The notes beneath the pieces were generated by a model. That model made no database searches, was not told the origin of the DNA, and saw nothing but the letters and a program-made list of their open reading frames with translations. DNA of 64,000 nt from Octopus vulgaris (lineage: Eukaryota): NCBI GenBank assembly GCA_951406725.2, contig OX597837.1, positions 22,754,001 to 22,818,000 of the forward strand, in the 5' to 3' direction. Position numbers and translations under genes: made by a program. Shown here in pieces: positions 54,992 to 64,000 of this stretch. Position 1 is the stretch's first letter, and every line of letters starts with the position of its first letter.

Positions 54992-55458
54992 CGGTTTTTT
55001 TGACTATTTATTAAAATTTTATGTATTGATTAAGTCTTTCCTTGTTTGTTTTGCAAAATAGTGGTTTTGTCTCTAATAATATTTTATATCTATATATATA
55101 TATCTATATATCTATATATATATATATATATATATAAAATCACTGAAAGATTCCAATTTCAATTCTCACTAAAGGCATTTAAAAACTAGCAGGAAGACAC
55201 CTAGGAGTCAGGACTTAAAATGGACCTGGTTCCCTCAGACTGTCAGGAACAAACAAGCAGAAACACTTGCTTGACCAGAGTTCTTCTTGGACAACAAGAG
55301 GACGTGCACAAGGAATGTATTAGCCTGATGCTTGGTAAAAAGAGACAGTTTGATGTTTTGAGCATAGCTCTTTGTTGGAAAGGAGAAAGGAAAAGTCCAA
55401 AGAAGAAAAAGAAATTGCCAACAGCATGTGTGTAGTTACATTGCTGAAATATATATAA

Positions 55459-55731
55459 ATATAATACAGAGTACATTTAAACACATTAAGAGGTTTTTCA
55501 TCATAGGAATCCTTTACGCTAGAAAGAACAGATAAAGTCCAAACCACTAATTAGGGATAAATTCTTGAAGGGAATGAAAAATAAAAACATTTACCATCGC
55601 TTTTTTATTTTTCATTCCCTTCAAGAATTTATCCCTAATTAGTGGTTTGGACTTTAGCTTTTCTTTCTAGTGTAAAGGATTCCTATGATGGAAACCCCTT
55701 AATGTATTTAAATGTACACTGTATTTTATAT
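55459..55731. repeat. Fold-back element
   Basis: Inverted arms of about 130 bp, loop about 55589-55603. Confidence 0.85.
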
Positions 55732-55838
55732 GAATAATATATAGTCTATTGACTAATTTTTCTATATGCTAGGGCACTGGTAGTAAAAATTTCTAAAATC
55801 TTTATTACCCTGATATTATCATATATATATATAAAAAT

Positions 55839-56186
55839 AACTTATAAACAAGGGCAAAAGAAAAAAATTTCTAATGCCAAATATGCCGAAAACAGACACA
55901 TCATCAATAACCATATAATTCATCACTATAAGCACGCGTCTCGAAGAAAGCTGACAGAAATTACTAAAAAATTCCGTTTCTGTCGTCTTTCTTCGAGACA
56001 CGTGCTTATAGTGATGAATTATATGGTTATTGACGATGTGTCTGTTTTCAGCATATTTGGAATTAGAAATTTTTTTCTTTTGCCCTTGTTTATAAGTTGT
56101 TTATAAATTTAACCTTTAAAGCTATTTTTTAATATGCTGGCCATTGATAGAATTTTTTCAAAAAATTTTATCCTATATTAGATGTT
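55839..56186. repeat. Fold-back element, same family as 15471-15935
   Basis: Arms about 55839-55960 and 55977-56098; shares ctaatgccaaatatgccgaaa. Confidence 0.85.
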
Positions 56187-56212
56187 ATATATATATGTAT
56201 ATATATATATAC

Positions 56213-56640
56213 ATATGAAAAAACAAGTCAAGATAGAAAATGCTAAAATAATTTTATAAAGAACATTTCAGTCATTTTGAGACCTTTTCAACTGTAACGA
56301 TTAAATAATTAAATTTAGAAAAATTAAAAGAAAAGTTTTTTTAAAAGAATATTTGTATAGTGTTCAAATATAAGTGGCATTTTTCTTGTTTCTGCCTTTC
56401 TCTGTCTCTCTTGTTTATTCTTGTGGGTTCAAGGTCCAGAGAAAGGCAGAAACAAGAAAAATGCCACTTATATTTGAACACTATACAAATATCCTTTTAA
56501 AAAAACTTTTCTTTTAATTTTTCTAAATTTAATTATTTAATAGTTACAGTTGAAAAGGTCTCAAATGACTGAAACCGGTAATGAAATGTTCTTTATAAAA
56601 TTATTTTAGCATTTTCTATCTTGACTTGTTTTTTCATATA
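56213..56640. repeat. Fold-back element with decayed hammerhead
   Basis: Inverted arms of about 190 bp around a loop at about 56405-56436. Confidence 0.85.
56544..56586 (+). ncRNA. Degenerate hammerhead motif
   Basis: TTGAAAA(decayed CTGAAGA)-GGTC tcaaat GACT-GAAA-CCGG-TA; palindromic ACCGGT. Confidence 0.45.
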
Positions 56641-56671
56641 AATCAACTCGTGTGTCCCTTTTCATCCTTAT

Positions 56672-56717
<46 letters not shown>

Positions 56718-57198
56718 GGTGAATTGTCTTGCCCGTCAATGACTTTCAGGCATTTTAACAGCTGGCCCTTTGAGGAAGTCGTCTCCATCACACTAATTCA
56801 TAGCCTATCAGCAAACGAGTAAGGTACATGCATTGGGTTATGTGAGGTGGCGGATAATGTTTGCCACACCAATGTTGCTTCTAATTCATATTTGAATTTA
56901 TTCTTATGTCTGTATCATTGTTGCATACCAGCAAATGGTTTTTACACATTTTGTATTTAGCCATAGGCTGGTGATTCAGTTTCAATTTGATTCAGGTACA
57001 GGATGTTGATGAGCCACAAAAATGACAAAATATTAGTATCCATCACACCCTGCATGGGATTTGGTGTGAGTTATCTTGCCTGGCTATAACTTTCACATGT
57101 TTTAGCATTTGGCACGTTGAGGGAGTTGTCCCCACCATACTAAGCCACAGCCTACTGGTGAACAAGTAAAACACATACATTGTGTATGTCTGGTCTAT

Positions 57199-57245
<47 letters not shown>

Positions 57246-57248
<3 letters not shown>

Positions 57249-57478
57249 CTGTAAAATAATATGTGACAATTATTTGGTAGCCAAGATAAAACTCTGAGTT
57301 TTGGATGCCAAGGTGGAAATCCACAACACCATCTCTTTGGTAATCTGACCATCTGAAAAAATGTTTTTCAGATGGCCAGATAACTAAAGAGATGGTGTTG
57401 TGGATTTCCACCTTGGCATCCAAAACTCAGAGTTTTATCTTGGCTACCAAATAATTGTCACATATTATTTTACAGATA
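57246..57478. repeat. Near-perfect palindrome
   Basis: Arms of about 115 bp, centre ctgaaaaa-atg-tttttcag. Confidence 0.88.
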
Positions 57479-57548
57479 AATTTCCTCTATTTACATAATA
57501 TTGAGGTCTCTTTCTTTCTTTTGTTATCTTACCGTTTTTACCAATATG

Positions 57549-57592
<44 letters not shown>

Positions 57593-58148
57593 TACATAAT
57601 ATGTATATATACATGCACAAATGCAAGCATGTGTAAAATCATTAAAGGTCCTTCCTGATACATAGGCTCATAAGGCCAGTTTCCTGGACTCCGCGGAAAA
57701 TATATTCTCCATCTAGACTGGACATCAGTCTGTGAAAAAATCTCATTTTTGCCAGCTGAGTTAACTCAAACAATGAGAAATGAAGTATTTTGCTCAAGAA
57801 CACAATGCACTGTCCAGTCCAGGAACTGAAATCACAATCTTATGATCATATGTCCAACATCCTAACCATTAAGCAGTGTGCCTCCACATATGTATATTTA
57901 TCCATACATAAACACATATATACATCCATACATATATAATATGCATATACATGTTTACACATACACACACATTTGTATCTAGGTATCTTTCTATATATCA
58001 TCATCATCATCAACATCCTTTAATGTCTGTTTTTCAATGCTGGTATGAGTTGGATGGTTTAACCAGAGCTGGCAAACTGGAGAGCTGAACCAGGTTCCAG
58101 TTTAATTTGGCTTGGTTTCTGTATCAATACATACATATTCAAAGATAC

Positions 58149-58199
<51 letters not shown>

Positions 58200-58344
58200 T
58201 ATTGTTGTATTTAGGAATGGTCATTTTGCCAGTTTAGCCAATAAAAACACATGCACTATATATTTGATGTTACTTTGCTTCAGTGTTATTTATTTTTTAC
58301 ATTATCTGTTTCAACACACGACTTCACATAAAAAATCTTGCACA

Positions 58345-58392
<48 letters not shown>

Positions 58393-58727
58393 ACACACAC
58401 ACACATACACATATATATATAAAGCTAGATACACACGCTTACATTGCATATATGTACATACATGTACCTCCATATATACAAATACATAGGGAAGTATACA
58501 TTTAAACATATGCTGTGGGAGAGAGAGAGAGAGATAACTCTAGGATGTAGATTTGTGCTTGTATACACAAATATATATATATATATATATGCACATAAAT
58601 ATTCATTTGCGATTCGTGTGGTGCAGAATGAAGAGACACCAGTGTTTGTTTCTATGTATGAATCTGTAGGTGTACATATGTTTGTGTGTGTGTGTGTGAG
58701 AGAGAGAGAGAGGGAGAGAGAGAGAGC

Positions 58728-58804
<77 letters not shown>

Positions 58805-59480
58805 AGAGAGACTGTGTGCTTTAAATAAAAGCATTCAGATTGATTCAGAGTTTAATAAATAACATGGTGGCTTGGTTAGATAGTAGCAGCCACCCTCAGA
58901 TGTGTTAACAGAAAAATCTAGCACACAAATGCACAATTGAGCTGATGTTCTAGTGCAAACAGTTAATGATTTCTGCAACATAGATAAGGTTAGCAGTATT
59001 GATTACTTACTAATTTTATTGTATTTTTCCTAGTTGCCTCCATCTCAGCATGGCATGACCACCTCTACCTCCCCACCTACTCACTCTCTCTCTCAAACAC
59101 CTAACATATGCACACGTGCATGTAGATGTACACATACACACACATCCATATGTGTTTGCACACACACCGTCCACACCAAGAAACATGTTTAGTGCAACAC
59201 TGCTGTTTATGACAGGAATATTTTCAGTGTGACTGGCTTCTTTCTTCCATCAACACAAACATCACTCACTAACAGGTGGAGTCTGTCACTACAGCCCTAT
59301 TAACTGGTTAGCAAAAATTATTTATCCAACGCTTCAGATTTTACATGAAGACTGTATGTGTATGCATATATATATATATATATATACACACACATACACA
59401 TATATATACATACATATATATACACATATATGTCCACGTAATATATATATGTGTGTGTATATAAATATGTATACACATAC

Positions 59481-59517
<37 letters not shown>

Positions 59518-59889
59518 CACACTCACACACACACATATGTATATATACATATATATACACGTGTGTGTATACAGATATGTACATGTAATATTATCATCAT
59601 CAACATCCTTTAATGTCCATTTTTCCATGCTGGTATGGGTTGGACGGTTTGACCAGAGCATGTATATAAATATGTATACACATGCATATATATATATAAA
59701 CATATATGTATGTATATAAAAATGTTTAAATAAAGATGGAACGAACAGGCTTGAACTACAAATCATCACAACCGTTTCTGTGCATTATTAACAGCTGTTA
59801 GTTGCTGTTACCCAGATGATATTAAATAGATAAATAAAAATAAATAAATAAATGTTCACATATATACATATGTATATATATATACATAT

Positions 59890-60870
59890 TTGTTATACTT
59901 AAACAAGAATATTATTGTCAGTAACTTCAAAGTTTAATCCAGCTAATCCATCGTTGGATGGCGATGCTTTGAAGTTAATCTTGGCTTTATATAGTCTCTG
60001 TTGAGATCAAATTTTCTTTGGGTATATGAGTCCGAGTTGAATAGTAATTAGGTTGTTGGGTGGGGTCGTGATAGTGAGGTTTTCTAGAGAAATTTTTATT
60101 GATTAAATTTGGGGTTATGCTATCATTTAGAATATATTTATGCATACAAAAATATAAACAAGAAATACCCTAAATAGAATCAAATGAAGAAACTGACCAG
60201 CTAAAACATACCACCAACTTACATTCTTTTGTGAATTCTTATAAAATTCCATTACAAAAATGGTGACACAAGCAATTGATAAGTTTTGAAATATTGGTTT
60301 CCAATTTTGGCACAAGGCCAGCAATTTTTAGGGGAGGGGTAAGTCGATTACTTTATTGATGCTGAAATGATGGAAAGCAAAGTCAACCACAGTGGAATTT
60401 GAATTCAGAACGTAAGGATGAATAAGTTTTTAGATACTGGACCAAACTTTGAACTTTGACCTTTACATTGTCAAAACAAAATGATTAAATCCAATAACAC
60501 CAAAAATAATGAAAACTACTGGCACATATACTGACCAAAATACTTCCTATGCCTATATCATTTTTGTGAACTACTACAAAAGAGTCTCATGGCCAGAAGC
60601 TGACACACCTAAATATACACAACTGTTTACAAAGTTCAACATGCATGAATACACTCTAAACAATAACAATAACATAACCCCAAGTTTAATCAATAAGAAT
60701 TTCTCTAAAGCATTCACTGTCACAACCCATTCTGCAACTTGATTACCACTCAATTCAATTCAAACCCACACACCCAAGATTAACTCCAATGCAACAAAGT
60801 GTGATGATGGCCTCATCTGGCTGAACCTTCAAAGTTACCATCAAAAACATTCTTGTATAGGAATAATGAA
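59890..60870. repeat. Old, diverged inverted-repeat element
   Basis: 59890-60120 is an inverted match to about 60670-60870 (e.g. ttattgattaaatttggggttatg / cataaccccaagtttaatcaataa). Confidence 0.6.
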
Positions 60871-61509
60871 CTTGTACTCAACAAAAATATAGTGTAAGCA
60901 ATCAGAATAATATAAAATTGCCATTATTATAATTGAACATCAAAACAAACACTATATATATATGTAAATCCTCCTCATCATCATCATCATTTAACGTCCG
61001 CTTTCCATGCTAGCATGGGTTGGACGATTTTGACTGAGGCCTGGCAAACCAGATGGCTGCACCAGGCTCCAATCTTGATCTGGCAGAGTTTCTACAGCTG
61101 AATGCCCTTCCTAATGCCAACAACTCTGAGAGTGTAGTGGGTGCATTTTACGTGCCACCAGCACGGGGGCCAGTCAGGTGGTATGGCAACGACCTTGCTT
61201 GAATGTTTTTTCATGTGCCATATATATATATATATATATACATATATATACACACACACAAACACATGCACACACAACACACACATATACACTTATGTAC
61301 ACATACACACACACATATATAAACTTGGGAAATTTAACTGTGGACTGTTGGGGCTGCCACCTACAGATGTTTTTGGTGTGAGGGAGAAAGTTTACTAAGA
61401 AATAAAGGAGAGGGTAAAGATTCCCTTTTAGGGGAGAGAACTGCTTCAGGGTTTATATGTATATGTGTGTGTGCGTGTGTATATATATATACATATATAT
61501 ATATACATA

Positions 61510-62777
61510 CAAGGGTCAGACAAAATAATGGAAACACCTAGCGTCATAGCATCATAATTTTGAAATATCTACAAAACTGTAAAAAGCTTGTTTATTTTTA
61601 TGTTTTTTGATTTATTATTAGTGTTGCTTAATATGTTTTGCTAAAATTGCTGTTTCTTTTCAGACATCATCAGAAAAAGGTAATTAAAATTCATTAAAAT
61701 GACAGATCTATCAGACTTTCAAAGAGGTGCTAGTGTAATAAAAACAGCCTAAGTGCTTGGTATATATATAGTAATATATAATGACAGCCTTTCAGAAAGA
61801 GGGAAAAACCTCCTTGTTGTAACAAAACTCTGGAAGAAAACCCAAACTTTGAGATAGGGACTGTCAGACTTTTATGCAAATTGTTAGAAAAGATCACAAA
61901 AGTGCAGCTCCCAAAATTACTGCAGAGCTTAGAGAAAGCCAGAATTTAGAGAAACCACCTAGAGAAAGCCAGTTTCCACAAAAAATGTTCACTGGGAGCT
62001 GCATAAAGCCAGATTTCACAGGAGAGCTGCAATCAGAAAACTACTACTTTGAAAAACAAATGTTGCAAAGAATTTAGAGTGGAGTAAAAACTTATAGAAT
62101 TGGTCCCTAGAGCAGTGGAAGAATGCTATTTTCTTGGACAAGCTATCTTTTACCTTATTTTTGACCACCAGCCGAGTATACGTGTGGAGACAGCCAAAAG
62201 AAGCATTTGACCCAGACTACCTTCTTCCAACTGTTAAACATGGAGGAAGATCTGTGATGATCGGGGGGGGGGGGGGGCTATATCTTGGAGATCTGCCGAC
62301 CCAATGGCTTCCCTTCATGGCAGAATTCACAGTCAAGACTATTTAAGCATTTTATCTGATCAAATTCATCCTATGGTTGCAGAACAGTTTCTGGAGGGAA
62401 ATGGAATCTTTCAGGATGATAATGCACCAATTCACACAGCCAAAGTTGTTACTGAATGGCACGAGGAAAATTCTAGTGAAGTTCAACATCTTATCTGGCC
62501 ACCATAGACCCCCCAGATCTAAATATTATTGAACATTTACAGTACATTTTAGAAAAACAAGTAAGGAGTCGATATCCTCCACCATCAATACTACAAGAAC
62601 TGGAAACTGTTTTAGCTGAAGAATGGACAAAAATTCTTTTGGAAACAATTCAAACTTTATACGAGTCCATACCTCGTAGAATTCAAGCTGTAATTACTAC
62701 CAAAGGTGGTCCTACCCCATATTAAAATAAATTTGTTTGAAATTTTAAGGTGTTTTCATTATTTTGTCCAACCCCTT
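61510..62777 (+). mobile_element. Tc1-like (DD34E) transposon, full-length but decayed
   Basis: TIRs caagggtcagacaaaataatggaaacacct / aggtgttttcattattttgtccaacccctt in TA context; PTVKHGG.SVM, FQDDNAPIH, WPP...PDLNIIE motifs. Confidence 0.92.
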
Positions 62778-62872
62778 ATATATATATATATATATATAAT
62801 ATATATATATATGTATATACATATATATACATATATATATACATATATATATATACATATACATATATATAT

Positions 62873-63090
62873 ATTAGACAAAAGAGATAACACAGCCAAG
62901 GCTATGAGTTTTCAGGACATTTATAAGGAGATACAGATATAGTCTTACAGCTGTTTCTGGGATATGGATATCCCTTCATCAGAGAAGTTGTGAGATAGTT
63001 AGAGGAAAATATTTGAAGTAAATGTTTTGAACTCAAACATTTACCGCTATTTAACCATCTCACATCGTCTCTGATAAAGGGATATCCATA
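62873..63090. mobile_element. Penelope-like terminal fragment with hammerhead and truncated inverted copy
   Basis: Hammerhead at 62943-62985; inverted partial copy tctctgataaagggatatccata at 63068-63090. Confidence 0.65.
62943..62985 (-). ncRNA. Minimal type-I hammerhead ribozyme motif
   Basis: Minus strand reads tct-CTGATGA-a GGGAT atccat ATCCC a-GAAA-CAGCTG-TA-aga; palindromic stem III ACAGCTGT. Confidence 0.8.
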
Positions 63091-63255
63091 ATATTGCTAT
63101 GGGCTCGCCCTAGGCAAGAAGTTGAACATTTTTTTTGCCCATGAAACTACATGGATCCTAAGTAAGGCATGTGTAAAATTTGAATGAAATTGGTTGTGTA
63201 GTTCTCAAGTTTTAGGGAAACAGACAGACAGACACACATTCTCAGTTTTATATAT
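63091..63255 (-). mobile_element. Short Helitron/DINE-like element
   Basis: tataaaactgagaatgtgtgtctgtctg...accaatttcattcaaatttt motif. Confidence 0.45.
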
Positions 63256-63492
63256 ATAGAGATATATATATATATCTGTATGTATATATATATCTGTGTG
63301 TATATATATATATCTGTGTGTATATATATATGAGTGTATAGATGTGTGTGTGTGTGTGTATATATATATATGTGTGTGTGTGTATATATATATATACATA
63401 CATATATATATATACATATGCATATATACATATGAATTATATGTATATACATATATTTATGTGTATATATATATATATATATACATACATAC

Positions 63493-63533
<41 letters not shown>

Positions 63534-63543
63534 TAATTATATA

Positions 63544-63588
<45 letters not shown>

Positions 63589-63722
63589 TGTGTGTGTATA
63601 TATATATACGTGTATACACGCACACATAGAAGAAAAAAAGGATTAAAAAATTCTGGCAAATATCAATAAGGCATTCAGTATTAAAAGAATTTGGCTACCA
63701 ATGTTCAACAATTATCTATGTT

Positions 63723-63768
<46 letters not shown>

Positions 63769-63963
63769 CACACACACATACATACATGCATATGCACATT
63801 ATGTATGTATATATACACCCACACCGATACACATTTCATCTAAAGTGTACATAGATTCATACATGACACACCATTATATTTTTATATATATATACATATA
63901 TACACACGCATAAGCGTGTCTATATATGTGTATAAATACATAAGCATACCTAAATATGTATGT

Positions 63964-64000
<37 letters not shown>

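Larger units (their letters stand above)
54762..55088. mobile_element. Apparently perfect 161-bp-arm palindrome with two hammerheads
   Basis: Arms 54762-54922 and 54928-55088, 5-nt loop; flanked by TA-rich microsatellite. Confidence 0.9.

Noticed and set aside
52920-57550. Palindromes as sequencing or assembly fold-back artefacts
   Set aside because: Most arms have diverged from each other and the same families recur at other loci (15471 vs 55839; 9031 vs 56213); only the apparently perfect 54762-55088 copy still needs read-level confirmation.

Overview
Eukaryotic, AT-rich, microsatellite- and SINE-saturated DNA, very likely an octopus (coleoid cephalopod) genome, judged from the repeat families. 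The window is the interior of a minus-strand tomosyn / syntaxin-binding protein 5 (STXBP5, Lgl family) gene. Six phase-consistent GT-AG coding exons (47041->19810) encode part of the WD40/LLGL region. There are also a candidate 42-nt cassette microexon (13048-13089) and a candidate internal ATG-bearing first exon (23181-23240). The introns hold tRNA-derived SINEs of at least four families, decayed Tc1/mariner, hAT-, piggyBac- and Helitron-like elements, LINE fragments and a 1.6-kb (TA)n tract. The most striking structure is a set of about 12 short fold-back (inverted-repeat) elements, mostly embedded in (TA)n microsatellites. Several carry complete minimal type-I hammerhead ribozyme motifs (CUGANGA-stem II-GAAA-palindromic stem III-GUH), the signature of Penelope-like/retrozyme elements. 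Some motifs lie on the tomosyn sense strand, and one 327-bp palindrome carries two mirror-image intact hammerheads. All structures were read by eye; nothing was computed or searched.
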